This document shows positions 11,105 to 26,923 of a stretch of DNA of 43,064 nucleotides, piece after piece; within the stretch, counting starts at the first letter, position 1, and each line of letters begins with the position of its first letter. The DNA is from an uncultured Propionivibrio sp. GTDB taxonomy: Bacteria > Pseudomonadota > Gammaproteobacteria > Burkholderiales > Rhodocyclaceae. The stretch spans positions 1 through 43,064 of the forward strand of contig CAYMYD010000001.1 in NCBI GenBank assembly GCA_964394535.1, given 5' to 3'. The notes under the pieces were generated by a model. The model saw only the letters and a program-made list of their open reading frames with translations, made no database searches and had not been told where the DNA came from. Position numbers and translations under genes: made by a program.

Positions 11105-11467
11105 ATGTCCGTCAAGAAGATTCTCGTTATTGATGATTCGCCCACAGAGCGCCATTTTCTGACTGAAATCCTGAGCAAGAACAACTATCAGGTGATCACG
11201 GCCGTTAATGGCGAGGAAGGTGTTGAGAAGGCGCGGAAAGAGTTGCCGGATCTGATCCTGATGGATGTTGTCATGCCTGGCCTGAATGGCTATCAGGCAA
11301 CGCGTACGCTGACGCGTGACGAACAGACCAAGCATATTCCGATCATCGTGTGCACGTCCAAGGGGCAGGAAACCGACAAGATCTGGGGTTTGCGCCAGGG
11401 AGCGCATGATTATCTGACCAAGCCGGTCAATCCCGAAAAGCTGCTGGCCACGATCGCCGCGCTCTGA
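11105..11467 (+). CDS. pilH: PilH-type single-domain response regulator
   Basis: DDSPTE, MDVVMPGLNGYQATR, TSKGQETDKIWG. Confidence 0.92.
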   Translation: MSVKKILVIDDSPTERHFLTEILSKNNYQVITAVNGEEGVEKARKELPDLILMDVVMPGLNGYQATRTLTRDEQTKHIPIIVCTSKGQETDKIWGLRQGAHDYLTKPVNPEKLLATIAAL

Positions 11468-11482
11468 TGACCGGAACTGTTC

Positions 11483-11994
11483 ATGGCCAAGCGCGTCAGT
11501 CTTCGTGAGTTCCAGTCCCACCTGGCGACCCGGCTTGCCGACGCGGGCAATCGTACGGCGGCCGGTTTGCTGGGTATACAGGCAGGTAATGATTACTGGC
11601 TGGTCAGTCTGACCGATTCTGGTGAAATCGTTTCCCTGCCGCCGCTGACCGGGGTTCCGTTGACCCGTCCGTGGTTTGTCGGTATCGCCAACATTCGCGG
11701 GAAGCTTTATTCGGTGGTGGATTTTTCTGCTTTTCAGGGACGTGAAGCGACGCCGCAGAATACGAGTTCCCGGCTGTTGCTGATCGGTGCCCGGCATGGT
11801 AGCAATGCGGCCCTGCTGGTGACAAAAATGCTGGGTTTACGCAATGCCGAGGATTTGACGGCGGTGCCGGTTGATGGGGACGTGCCACCGTGGGCCTGCC
11901 AGGCTTTCACCGACTGGGAAGGGCGCCACTGGAGATTGCTGGATGTCCGGGAATTGCTGGCCGATGAGCGTTTTATGGATATTGGCGTCGGATC

Positions 11995-11998
<4 letters not shown>
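11483..11998 (+). CDS. pilI: CheW-family adaptor PilI
   Basis: VPLTRPWFVGIANIRGKLYSVVD; position after pilG-pilH. Confidence 0.85.
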
Positions 11999-17796
<5,798 letters not shown>

Positions 17797-17799
17797 GTA

Positions 17800-17938
17800 G
17801 AGAAGGGTGAAGGGGGAAGGGGGAAGGGTGCGCCTTTCCTGTTTTTTCGGCTTGCGCCTGGCAAAAACGCCGTTTGTTTCCGCAGCATCCATGCTGACAG
17901 ACGGTTTTGCCCTTCTCCCTTCCCACTTCCCCCTTCTC
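17800..17938. repeat. Dispersed element: 4 heptamers + 83-bp core + 4 inverted heptamers (copy 1)
   Basis: GAGAAGG GTGAAGG GGGAAGG GGGAAGG ... CCTTCTC CCTTCCC ACTTCCC CCTTCTC; core homologous to 26142-26224. Confidence 0.85.
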
Positions 17939-18002
17939 CGGCAAGGTGCCTGCCTTGGGAGCTGAAGCCGGAATGTGATGCTTTTGCGGTTAGAATGTGT
18001 CC

Positions 18003-18572
18003 ATGCAAAACATCAATCTGACCGACCACTTTCTGATCGCCATGCCGGCCCTGGAGGATCCGTATTTCTCCCGGGCGCTGATCTATATCGCCGAGCACAA
18101 TGAACAGGGCGCGCTGGGCCTGATCGTCAATCGCCCGATCGAGATCAATCTGGCCACCCTGCTCGAAAAAATCGCTGTTCCGCTGGAGCCGGAAGATTCG
18201 GCCCGGCTTGGCAGCCAGCCGGTGCTGTTCGGCGGCCCGGTACAGACCGACCGTGGGTTTGTCCTGCACCGGCCGATCGGCAAATGGCAGTCGACCCTGG
18301 CCATCAATCAGGAAATCGGCCTGACCAGTTCGCGTGACATTCTGCTGTCCTTTGCCAGCCAGGGGCAGCCGGGGGAAATTCTGGTAACGCTGGGTTACTC
18401 CGGCTGGGGGCCGGGGCAGATCGAACAGGAACTGGCGCAGAATTCCTGGCTGAGCGTCCCGGCCAGTCCGCACATTCTCTTTTCCCTGCCCTATGAGGAA
18501 AGGCTGCCGTCGGCGATGCAAATCCTCGGCATCGACTTTGTCCGTCTGGCCGGGATGGCCGGCCATGCCTGA
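18003..18572 (+). CDS. yqgE: YqgE/AlgH family protein (UPF0301)
   Basis: HFLIAMP...[45 protein letters not shown] end; start ATG 18003 or GTG 17997. Confidence 0.93.
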   Translation: MQNINLTDHFLIAMPALEDPYFSRALIYIAEHNEQGALGLIVNRPIEINLATLLEKIAVPLEPEDSARLGSQPVLFGGPVQTDRGFVLHRPIGKWQSTLAINQEIGLTSSRDILLSFASQGQPGEILVTLGYSGWGPGQIEQELAQNSWLSVPASPHILFSLPYEERLPSAMQILGIDFVRLAGMAGHA

Positions 18573-19002
18573 GCCCGCAGGCCGTCCGCAGGGGACGGTG
18601 CTGGCATTCGACTTTGGTGAGAAGCGCATTGGCGTTGCTGTTGGTGAGCGGGCACTCGCACAAGCGCATCCGCTGACCACCATTCGCAGTGAAGCCAATG
18701 CCGTCCGCTTTGCGGCGATTGCCGCGCTGATCGCCGAATGGCGGCCTGAACGCCTGGTCGTTGGACTGCCGCTGGCGCTGGATGGCACGCCGCACGCCAT
18801 GACCGCCCGCTGTACGCGCTTTGCCAACCAGTTGCGCGGCCGCTTTGGCTTGCCGGTCGATTACGCTGAAGAACGTCTGAGTTCTGTCGAGGCGGAAGAG
18901 CGTCTGCGCGAAAGCGGCCACGATGCACGCAGCGCCCGGGAGCATGTTGATACGCTGGCGGCGCAGCTCATCCTGCAAGGCTATTTTGAGCAACAGGCTT
19001 AG
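18565..19002 (+). CDS. ruvX: YqgF/RuvX pre-16S rRNA nuclease / Holliday junction resolvase-like
   Basis: [26 protein letters not shown]; overlaps end of yqgE as is typical. Confidence 0.93.
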   Translation: MPEPAGRPQGTVLAFDFGEKRIGVAVGERALAQAHPLTTIRSEANAVRFAAIAALIAEWRPERLVVGLPLALDGTPHAMTARCTRFANQLRGRFGLPVDYAEERLSSVEAEERLRESGHDARSAREHVDTLAAQLILQGYFEQQA

Positions 19003-19179
19003 CGCCCGTTCGTCAACACGCAGATCCTTGCTCTCCCCTTGCGCGTTTCACACAGCGCTTTGGCGTTGTTTATTCCTCACGAATAACAGACGCCATGCGT
19101 CCAGCTCAAAGTTTGGTTATTCAGGCCAAATGGCCTATCATGTCGCCGTTTTTTTTCTTTATTTTCAGGAGATTGTCCA

Positions 19180-19794
19180 ATGAGTTCCCGTGCGGCATCC
19201 AGCGTCAGATTATCCCTTGCCAACCCTTCGGGGCTGGGCCTTTTTGGCCTGGCGATCGTAACTTTCGTTGCTTCGTCGCAAAAGCTTGGCTTGAGCGATG
19301 GCCTGTCCTTTGTCATTGTTTATGCCATTTTTCTGGGTGCAACGGGCCAGTTGGTGGCCTGCATCCTGGATTTCTTTCATGAGAACATCTGGGGGGCCAC
19401 GGTATTCGGCGCGTTTGCCTTTTTCTGGTATGCGCTGGCCGGTGCCTGGATGATGAAAATGGGCGTTTTCGGCCCTGAATTGGCGGCTGCCTGCGATACG
19501 ATCCAGCTGGGTTTTGCGTTTCTCGCCTATTTCATCTTTGCCGTCATGATGACCATTGGAGCCATGGAGGTCAGCAAGCTGATCTTCTTCGACATGGTGG
19601 TGATCGATATTCTGCTGGGCGCACTGGCGCTCAATGCCTTCGGTATTGCTCCGCATGCCACGCACGTCATTGCTGCCTGGGCAGAAATGGCGACCGCCCT
19701 GCTGTCGCTTTACGGCTGCTGTGCCGTGGTGCTGAACTCCAGCTTTGGCCGACCCTTCCTACCCTTGGGCAAGCCGTTCGGCATCTTCAAATAA
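19180..19794 (+). CDS. satP: Acetate uptake transporter (GPR1/FUN34/YaaH, SatP family)
   Basis: N-terminal ANPSGLGL signature, about six TM segments, FGAFAFFW, LPLG end; AGGAG RBS. Confidence 0.85.
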   Translation: MSSRAASSVRLSLANPSGLGLFGLAIVTFVASSQKLGLSDGLSFVIVYAIFLGATGQLVACILDFFHENIWGATVFGAFAFFWYALAGAWMMKMGVFGPELAAACDTIQLGFAFLAYFIFAVMMTIGAMEVSKLIFFDMVVIDILLGALALNAFGIAPHATHVIAAWAEMATALLSLYGCCAVVLNSSFGRPFLPLGKPFGIFK

Positions 19795-19809
19795 AGCGTT
19801 TCCAGAAAG

Positions 19810-19836
19810 AAAAAACCCGGCGATGCCGGGTTTTTT
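19810..19836. terminator. Bidirectional intrinsic terminator
   Basis: AAAAAA-CCCGGC-GAT-GCCGGG-TTTTTT. Confidence 0.9.
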
Positions 19837-19856
19837 GTCGGGGTAAAACATTTGAT

Positions 19857-19961
19857 TCAATCTTCCTGATTTTTCAGGATCAGAAAGGTTTCAATGATTT
19901 TCGGTGAAAGAATGAGCACCGCCAGTAAGGAGAGTGTTGCAAAATCGGCCAAGAATTTCAT
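19857..19961 (-). CDS. Putative small membrane protein, 34 aa (below the ORF-track cutoff)
   Basis: MKFLADFATLSLLAVLILSPKIIETFLILKNQED*; preceded by GAGAAAGGAAACCGAC-ATG; followed by the bidirectional terminator. Confidence 0.6.
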   Translation of the reverse strand: MKFLADFATLSLLAVLILSPKIIETFLILKNQED

Positions 19962-20220
19962 GTCGGTTTCCTTTCTCAAAAGCAAAATCTTCGGACAGTC
20001 TGAAGTCTAGCTGCTGGCATCGTTGAAGGCTATGAGCTTTCTGGCGGGATTTCGTAGCAGGGTGTAACGTTTTCTCTGGTGGCGAGCGGATTGCCTCACA
20101 TCGTTACACGTCGTCATGAACGTGCTATATACCATCGGGTATTTACAGTAGCAGGCGGCAGTGCGCTGGGCGCCGTTGCTGTGTCGTCTCGCCCCCGTCG
20201 CAGGCGAACACAGGAGCGCA

Positions 20221-20748
20221 TTACCCGGTGCCGGGGTTTTGATCTTCTCCGCTGACAATACTCGCCAAGGCCCGCTGATAACGATCTTCGCCAAGCCCTT
20301 CCACAACGACAAAGGGGAGCTTCAGGGCGACGAGTTTTTCGCGGTAAATGATAAAAAGTTCTTCGCGCATTTCCGGGTGTTCGCGCAGGGGATCAAATTC
20401 CCAGGGGATGTCCGGCGCGCACAGCAGGTAGAGGTCGAACGGCTGCCGGGCGATATTTTCCGCAATCCACGGGTCGAGTTTGCCGAAGCGCACTTCCTGC
20501 CAGATGGCGGTGACCAGAAGTTCGGTATCGGAGACGACCGCGCCTTGTCGATCAATCATGGCAGTGATGGAAGCGAGCTGTGCCCGGGCGATTTTTGTCA
20601 CGTCATCAAAGCTGTATTCCCGCCCCAACTGGCTGATGTAATCGCGCGCGTATTCGGCCACCCAGGGCAGATTCAGTCGGCGGGAGAGTTCCAGCGAAAG
20701 GCGGGTTTTCCCGGTGGATTCCGGTCCGGTGACGGCCAGTCGCTTCAT
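20221..20748 (-). CDS. Stand-alone NadR-like ribosylnicotinamide kinase domain (AAA_28 type)
   Basis: GPESTGKT Walker A, EYAREY-like EYARDY, DT, YLLCAPDIPWEFDPLRE; ATG 20748 overlaps the pnuC stop (ATGA). Confidence 0.85.
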   Translation of the reverse strand: MKRLAVTGPESTGKTRLSLELSRRLNLPWVAEYARDYISQLGREYSFDDVTKIARAQLASITAMIDRQGAVVSDTELLVTAIWQEVRFGKLDPWIAENIARQPFDLYLLCAPDIPWEFDPLREHPEMREELFIIYREKLVALKLPFVVVEGLGEDRYQRALASIVSGEDQNPGTG

Positions 20749-21305
20749 TTGCATTCGAGTTCCCTGCGCCAGCGCTGGTGGCCAACGAAGGCGAGCACAA
20801 CCAGCACGATGAACAGCACGAGCGTCGGATACATGGCCTTGTGCCAGTACAGGCCGATGGAGAGGAGGTTGGCAACGATCCACAAGAGCCAGTTTTCGAG
20901 CTTTTTGCGTGCCAGCAGCCAGGTGGCGACAAAGCTGATGGCCGTAACCAACGCATCAATCCACGGCGCATCGTTATTGGTGAAGCGGCTCATCAGCGCG
21001 CCGAGCGTGACAAACAGCAGCAGGATGACGGTCAGCACCAGCGGCCATTTTCCGGCTGACAAACGGCTGACGGCCAGTTCGGCATTCTGCTCGCCGCCGC
21101 GCTTCCAACTCCACCAGCCATACAGGCACATCAGCAGGAAATAAACCTGCAGGAGCGTTTCGGCGTACAGGGTCTGGTCAATGTATACCGCGATATACAT
21201 GGCCGTCATGGCGATGCTGACCGGCCAGTACCAGAGGCTTTGCCTGATTTGCAGGGTGATGGAAACGAGACCCAGGGTAGCGGCAAGCAATTCGAAGTAA
21301 TTCAA
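20745..21305 (-). CDS. pnuC: PnuC-family (nicotinamide riboside) transporter
   Basis: WYWP, LQVYF, YGWWSW, PWIDA, WLLARKKLENWLLWIVAN; TTG start. Confidence 0.9.
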   Translation of the reverse strand: MNYFELLAATLGLVSITLQIRQSLWYWPVSIAMTAMYIAVYIDQTLYAETLLQVYFLLMCLYGWWSWKRGGEQNAELAVSRLSAGKWPLVLTVILLLFVTLGALMSRFTNNDAPWIDALVTAISFVATWLLARKKLENWLLWIVANLLSIGLYWHKAMYPTLVLFIVLVVLAFVGHQRWRRELECK

Positions 21306-21329
21306 ACGTTTATCACCCTGCGATAGCGC

Positions 21330-24300
21330 TCACAGCACCGGAGCCAGCCAGCGCGCGGCTTCTTCGACACTCAAACCGCAGCGCTTGGCCCAATCCTGCA
21401 ACTGATCCGGCCCGATCTTGCCAATGGCGAAGTATTGCGCCTGCGGATGGGCGAGGTAGAAGCCGGAAACCGAGGCGGCCGGGGTCATGGCGAAGTTTTC
21501 GGTGAGGTTCATGTCGGCATTGGCCGGGGCGTCGAGCAGGGCGAAAAGCGCCTGCTTGACCCGGTGATCGGGGCAGGCCGGGTAGCCGGGGGCGGGACGG
21601 ATGCCCTGATAGGCTTCGCGGATCAGCGCGTCGTTATCCAGTTGCTCGTCGCGGGCGTAGCCCCAGTAATGGCGGCGCACTTCCCGGTGCAGCCATTCGG
21701 CGGCAGCCTCGGCCAGACGGTCGGCCAGGGCTTTGAGCAGGATGGCACGGTAGTCGTCGTGCGCGGCGGCAAATTCGGCGAGTTTTTTCTCGATGCCGAT
21801 GCCGGCGGTGACGGCAAAAGCACCGATCCAGTCCGGGGTGCCGACAGGGGCGAGATAGTCGGCGAGGCACAGATAGGGTTTGCCCGGCAGCCGTTCGCGT
21901 TGCTGGCGCAGGTTGGGCCAGACCATGGCGACTTCCTGGCGCGTTTCGTCGCGGTAGATTTCGATGTCATCGCCCCGGGCGTTGGCCGGATAGAGGCCGA
22001 AAACGGCGTGGGCGGTGAGCCATTGTTCCGCGATGATCTCCTGCAGCATGGTTTTGCCATCAGCAAACAGCGAACGCGCCGTTTCGCCGACGCTGACGCT
22101 CTCCAGAATCGCCGGATAGCGGCCCGGCAGCTCCCAGCTCTGGAAGAAGGGTGTCCAGTCGATGAAATCGGCCAGAACGGCCAAGTCAAGGTCGCGCAAG
22201 ACCTGCCGTCCGGTCTGTTGCGGTGCCACTGGCTGCCAGCGACCATCCCAGGGCAGAGACTGCGCGCGGGCGCGATCCAGGGTGGTGAGCGGCGTTTCCT
22301 TGCGCGTGGCGTGTTCTTCGCGCAGGCGGGCCTGCTCGCTGGCGATTTCTTCGCAGTAGGCGCGGGACTGGTCGATCGAGGTGAGGCGGGTGACGACCCC
22401 GACGGCACGCGAGGCGTCCTGCACGTAGACCACCGGCCCGGCATAGTTCGGCGCAATCTTGATCGCCGTATGGGCGCGACTGGTCGTTGCACCGCCGATC
22501 AGCAGCGGTTGGGTGAAGCCCTGGCGCTGCATTTCTGCGGCGACATGGCTCATTTCTTCGAGCGAGGGGGTGATGAGGCCGGAGAGACCGATCACCTGCA
22601 CTTCGTGCTCACGCGCGGCCTGCAGGATTTTTTCGCCCGGCACCATGACGCCGATGTCGATCACCTCAAAGCCATTGCAACCGAGCACGACGCCGACGAT
22701 GTTCTTGCCGATGTCGTGCACGTCACCCTTGACGGTGGCCAGCAGCACGCGGCCCTTGCTCGCGGCACCGCTCCTGCGCTTTTCTTCTTCGATGAAAGGA
22801 ATGAGGTGGGCGACGGCGAGCTTCATCACCCGTGCCGATTTGACCACCTGCGGCAGGAACATCCTGCCCGCGCCAAAGAGGTCGCCGACCTTGTTCATGC
22901 CATCCATCAGCGGGCCTTCGATGACAGACAGCGGCGGTTTCCCGGCGGCAGCCAGCGCTGCCCGGCATTCTTCGGTATCGCTGACGACAAACTCGTTGAT
23001 GCCCTTGATGAGCGCGTGGGCCAGTCGTTCGCCAACCGGCAGTTCGCGCCAGGCAAGATCCGGGGCGCTGCCCCTGGCCTTGCCGTCTTCCTTGACGCTC
23101 TGGGCAAATTCGATCAGCGCCTCGGCAGCCTGCGGCGAACGGTTCAAGACCACCGCCTCGACCTTCTCGCGCAATTGCGGCTCCAGATCGTCGTAGATGC
23201 CGACCATCCCGGCGTTGACGATGCCCATCGAGAGCCCCGCCTGCACCGCGTGGTAGAGGAAAACGGTGTGGATCGCCTCGCGCACGGCGTCGTTCCCCCG
23301 GAAGCTGAACGAGACGTTGGAAACCCCGCCGGAAATCTGTGCGTCGGGCAAATGGGTGCGAATCCAGCGGCAGGCCTCGATGAAATCGACGGCGTAGTTG
23401 TTGTGTTCCTCGATGCCGGTGGCCACGGCAAAGATGTTGGGGTCGAAGATGATGTCTTCTGCCGGGAAACCGATGCCTTCCAGCAGGCGGTAGGCGCGCT
23501 CGCAGATGGCGATCTTGCGCGCATAGCTGTCGGCCTGCCCCTGCTCGTCAAAGGCCATGACGACGATGGCCGCGCCGTAGCGGCGGGCGAGGCGGGCGCG
23601 TTGCAGGAAAGCGGCTTCGCCCTCCTTCATCGAAATCGAATTGACGATGCCCTTCCCTTGAATGCAGGCGAGCCCCGCTTCGATGATCTCCCATTTCGAC
23701 GAGTCGATCATGATCGGCACCCGCGCGATGTCCGGTTCGGCGGCGATCAGTTTCAAAAAGCGTTCCATGGCGGCGAGGCCGTCGAGCAGCGCGTCATCCA
23801 TGTTGATGTCGATCACCTGCGCGCCATTTTCGACCTGCTGGCGGGCCACGGCCAGCGCGTCATCAAAACGTCCTTCGCGAATCATCCGGGCAAAGGCTTT
23901 CGAGCCGGTGACGTTGGTGCGCTCGCCGACATTGACGAACAGCGATTCCGGGCCGATGTTGAACGGCTCCAGGCCGGAGAGGCGCAGTTTCCTGTCGATC
24001 TGCGGCACTTTGCGCGGTGAAAGTCCGGTAACTTTTGCAGCAATCGCAGCGATATGTTCCGGCGTGGTGCCGCAGCACCCCCCCACGATGTTCAGGAGGC
24101 CGTGCTGCGCCCATTCACCGAGGGCAGAGGCCAGCTCTTCCGGCGTTTCGTCATAACCGCCAAAGGCATTGGGCAGACCAGCGTTGGGGTAGGCGGAAAC
24201 GTGGCAATCGCACAGGCGGGAAAGCTCCTCGATATGCGGACGCAATTCCTTGGCGCCCAGCGCGCAGTTGAGACCGAAGGAAAGGGGGCGGATATGGCGC

Positions 24301-25007
24301 AGTGAATTCCAGAAGGCCTCTGCGGTCTGGCCGGAGAGGGTACGCCCAGAGGCATCGGTGATCGTGCCCGAAATCATCACCGGCCAGCGCCGTCCGCTCG
24401 TCTCAAAGAACTGCTCGATGGCAAAGAGGGCGGCCTTGGCGTTCAGGGTGTCGAACACCGTTTCGACCAGCAGCAGGTCGGCACCACCTGCGGTCAGGCC
24501 GCGAACGGCCACCGTATAGTTTTCCACGAGCTCGGCAAAGCTCACGTTGCGAAAGCCCGGATCGTTTACCTCCGGCGACATCGAGGCCGTACGCGCCGTC
24601 GGGCCGATTGAGCCGGCGACAAAGCGCGGTTTGGTCGGGTCTTTGGCGGTGAATTCGTCGCAGACCTCGCGGGCGAGGCGTGCTCCGGCAAAGTTCAGTT
24701 CGTAGGCCAAATCTTCGAGTGAGTAATCGGCGAGCGAAATGGCATTGGCGCAAAAGGTGTTGGTCTCGACGATATCCGCACCGGCGGCCAGATATTCGGC
24801 GTGGATGCTGCGAATGATTTCCGGGCGGGTGAGCGTCAGCAGATCATTGTTGCCCTTGAGATCGCGCGGATGATCGGCAAAACGCTCGCCGCGATAATCG
24901 GCCTCCTGCAATTTGCGCTGCTGGATCATCGTTCCCATCGCACCGTCAAGCACGAGCAGGCGTTGTTGCAGGAGGGCGGAAAGTTCGGTGGTGCGATCAG
25001 CTTGCAT
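21330..25007 (-). CDS. metH: Cobalamin-dependent methionine synthase
   Basis: [33 protein letters not shown]12-binding motif, [12 protein letters not shown]. Confidence 0.98.
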   Translation of the reverse strand: MQADRTTELSALLQQRLLVLDGAMGTMIQQRKLQEADYRGERFADHPRDLKGNNDLLTLTRPEIIRSIHAEYLAAGADIVETNTFCANAISLADYSLEDLAYELNFAGARLAREVCDEFTAKDPTKPRFVAGSIGPTARTASMSPEVNDPGFRNVSFAELVENYTVAVRGLTAGGADLLLVETVFDTLNAKAALFAIEQFFETSGRRWPVMISGTITDASGRTLSGQTAEAFWNSLRHIRPLSFGLNCALGAKELRPHIEELSRLCDCHVSAYPNAGLPNAFGGYDETPEELASALGEWAQHGLLNIVGGCCGTTPEHIAAIAAKVTGLSPRKVPQIDRKLRLSGLEPFNIGPESLFVNVGERTNVTGSKAFARMIREGRFDDALAVARQQVENGAQVIDINMDDALLDGLAAMERFLKLIAAEPDIARVPIMIDSSKWEIIEAGLACIQGKGIVNSISMKEGEAAFLQRARLARRYGAAIVVMAFDEQGQADSYARKIAICERAYRLLEGIGFPAEDIIFDPNIFAVATGIEEHNNYAVDFIEACRWIRTHLPDAQISGGVSNVSFSFRGNDAVREAIHTVFLYHAVQAGLSMGIVNAGMVGIYDDLEPQLREKVEAVVLNRSPQAAEALIEFAQSVKEDGKARGSAPDLAWRELPVGERLAHALIKGINEFVVSDTEECRAALAAAGKPPLSVIEGPLMDGMNKVGDLFGAGRMFLPQVVKSARVMKLAVAHLIPFIEEEKRRSGAASKGRVLLATVKGDVHDIGKNIVGVVLGCNGFEVIDIGVMVPGEKILQAAREHEVQVIGLSGLITPSLEEMSHVAAEMQRQGFTQPLLIGGATTSRAHTAIKIAPNYAGPVVYVQDASRAVGVVTRLTSIDQSRAYCEEIASEQARLREEHATRKETPLTTLDRARAQSLPWDGRWQPVAPQQTGRQVLRDLDLAVLADFIDWTPFFQSWELPGRYPAILESVSVGETARSLFADGKTMLQEIIAEQWLTAHAVFGLYPANARGDDIEIYRDETRQEVAMVWPNLRQQRERLPGKPYLCLADYLAPVGTPDWIGAFAVTAGIGIEKKLAEFAAAHDDYRAILLKALADRLAEAAAEWLHREVRRHYWGYARDEQLDNDALIREAYQGIRPAPGYPACPDHRVKQALFALLDAPANADMNLTENFAMTPAASVSGFYLAHPQAQYFAIGKIGPDQLQDWAKRCGLSVEEAARWLAPVL

Positions 25008-25024
25008 GAAAGCCTCGGAGGGAT

Positions 25025-25173
25025 GTGAAAGGTGAAAAGTGAAACGTGAAAGGTGGGATTTCAGGCGCTTCGCGCATCAAGAAGGAAAAACCAATCCCGG
25101 CGCGAGCGTTACTGGCAGGGAAAGGGAGAAACAGATCGATTTTACCCTTCTCTCTTCCCTCTTCTCCCTCACC
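25025..25173. repeat. Heptamer-arm intergenic element with non-matching arms
   Basis: GTGAAAG GTGAAAA GTGAAAC GTGAAAG (25025-25052) ... CCTTCTC TCTTCCC TCTTCTC CCTCACC (25146-25173). Confidence 0.7.
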
Positions 25174-25882
25174 TGCCAAGCGAACCGAAAACCTTCTTCA
25201 GCAGGCTCGAACCGGTGCCGACCGGGTCTTTACGGATGGCTTTTTCCTGTTCGGCGATCATCAGGAACAGGCCGTCCATCGCCTTGTGCGTGACATAGCT
25301 GTCAAGATCGGCGTCCTTCTTGTCGAGCAGGCCGAGTTTGGCGGCTTTCCCGGCGTATTGATTGTATTGCCCGGCCAGATCGACCTTGGCGGTTGCCTGC
25401 TTGACGATCGGCAGGAATTTGGCGGCGATGTCGTTTGAAGTTACCCGCTTGAAGTATTGCGTCGCCGCATCATCGCCGCCCGTCAGAATGCCGCGTGCAT
25501 CGTCAAAGCTCATGGACTTCACCGCGTTGGAAAGAATCGGTTTGGCTTCGACAACGGCCATTTCTGCGGCGCGGTTCATCGTTTCGATCAATTCGTCGGC
25601 CTGTTTTTTCATGCCCAGCGAGCGCATCGCCTTTTCAACCGTGCGGGCGCTTTCCGGCAGGGGAATGCGCACCCGCTTGTCGCCCAGAAAGCCGTCCTTC
25701 TTGCCCAACTGGCCGACAGCAAGCTCCGCACCACGGGTCAAGGCTTCCTTCAGTCCGCTGGCGGTATCATTGTTCGACAGGTCGCCAATTCCCGCAGCGG
25801 ATAAGGGCATTGCGCAGCCCAAAGCGCATACAATCCACAGCATTCTGAAAAAACAGGCCAAAGCGCCTGAACGATGACTCAT
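25169..25882 (-). CDS. DUF4197 family exported protein
   Basis: Signal peptide; GLKEAL, VRIPLP, MNRAAE, GGDDAATQYF, DGLFLMIAEQEKAIRKDP, LLKKVFG; AAGGAG before ATG 25882. Confidence 0.85.
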   Translation of the reverse strand: MSHRSGALACFFRMLWIVCALGCAMPLSAAGIGDLSNNDTASGLKEALTRGAELAVGQLGKKDGFLGDKRVRIPLPESARTVEKAMRSLGMKKQADELIETMNRAAEMAVVEAKPILSNAVKSMSFDDARGILTGGDDAATQYFKRVTSNDIAAKFLPIVKQATAKVDLAGQYNQYAGKAAKLGLLDKKDADLDSYVTHKAMDGLFLMIAEQEKAIRKDPVGTGSSLLKKVFGSLGR

Positions 25883-26083
25883 GATTGACTCCTTGATTGA
25901 TGACGGGAACGCACTGTGAACCGTGAAATGTGGAAATCTGACCGCGAGGCATCGGGTTTGTTTCCTTTCTCTCTGGCAAGGCACGGTTTGGAGCAGGATA
26001 TGTGCGGCTCTGCCGAGCGCATTTCGCTTTTCACTGAGGGTCTGCATTCTACCCGCTTGCCCGCGCTGAGGGGGATGCCACAG

Positions 26084-26274
26084 GGCAATCGCATGAATAC
26101 CATGCGCTTGCCAGTGAAGGGGGAAGAGAGAAGAGGGAAGGGTGTGCCTGGTCTGCTTTTTCGGCCTGCACTTGGCAAAAACGCTGTTTGTTTCTGCAGA
26201 ACCATTGCCGACAGACGGTTTTTCTCTTCCCTCTTCTCCCTTCTCCCTTCCCGCAATCGCTTCATGCGATTGCC
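26084..26274. repeat. Dispersed heptamer-arm element (copy 2, 26114-26252) bracketed by a perfect 14-bp inverted repeat
   Basis: Arms GTGAAGG GGGAAGA GAGAAGA GGGAAGG / TCTTCCC TCTTCTC CCTTCTC CCTTCCC; outer IR GGCAATCGCATGAA (26084-26097) / TTCATGCGATTGCC (26261-26274). Confidence 0.85.
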
Positions 26275-26286
26275 TTGGGGGAGGCC

Positions 26287-26832
26287 ATGACGCAGCGGAA
26301 GATGCCTGAATGGGCGCAGGAGGCGCTCAAGCGCAGCGTTGGTCATCGCTATTACCCGCTGGTCGTGGCCTTGATCGCCTTTGCCTCGACGGCGACCTTT
26401 GCTTTCCCCTTCTTTGTCGTCCTGATTCCGGCGGTCTTGCTGGCACCGCGTCGCTGGCTGCTGCTCGGCCTGCTCAGTGGCCTGACCAGCGGACTGGGGG
26501 GCGCGGTACTGGTTGAAGTGTTTCATTTCATGGGGCGCGAAGTGGTCATCGCCCGCTTCCCCCAGTTGCTCGAATGGGGTCACTGGCAAATCGCCAGCGA
26601 ATGGCTGAATGACTATGGCTTGCTGGCACTGGCAGTCATTGCCGGTTCGCCGATTCCGCAAACGCCGGCGATTTTCGTGTATTCGTTGAGCGAACCGTCG
26701 ACATTTGGCGTCATGATTGCCGTTGGCATGGGCAAGACGGTCAAATACGTTTTCCTGGCCTGGCTGACGGCACGCTACCCGGCGCGTTTTATCGCCGATT
26801 ACCAGCAAACAGTGAAAAATATCCAGAAATGA
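26287..26832 (+). CDS. YqaA/DedA (VTT domain)-like membrane protein
   Basis: 181 aa from ATG 26287 (GGAGG RBS); hydrophobic, SGLGG, SPIPQTP, GKTVKYVFLAW. Confidence 0.7.
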   Translation: MTQRKMPEWAQEALKRSVGHRYYPLVVALIAFASTATFAFPFFVVLIPAVLLAPRRWLLLGLLSGLTSGLGGAVLVEVFHFMGREVVIARFPQLLEWGHWQIASEWLNDYGLLALAVIAGSPIPQTPAIFVYSLSEPSTFGVMIAVGMGKTVKYVFLAWLTARYPARFIADYQQTVKNIQK

Positions 26833-26923
26833 CATACACTTAGTTACCGGCAGGTTTTCTGTCGGTGTGTGTCCGTAGTGTAAAATCTTCTACACACCTT
26901 CCAGAGGAAGCAAGGAGATCGAC

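Noticed and set aside
17828..17910. Similar minus-strand peptide (NRLSA..L.KQTAFLP) in both repeat cores as a coding sequence
   Set aside because: Differences are not concentrated at synonymous sites and there is no start/RBS context; similarity follows from DNA homology
20161..21144. 327-aa plus-strand ORF
   Set aside because: Antisense to pnuC and the kinase, which have clear family motifs
25008..25168. Cobalamin, SAM or SAH riboswitch upstream of metH
   Set aside because: No recognisable B12 box or SAH core by eye; the space is occupied by heptamer repeats. An Rfam scan would be decisive
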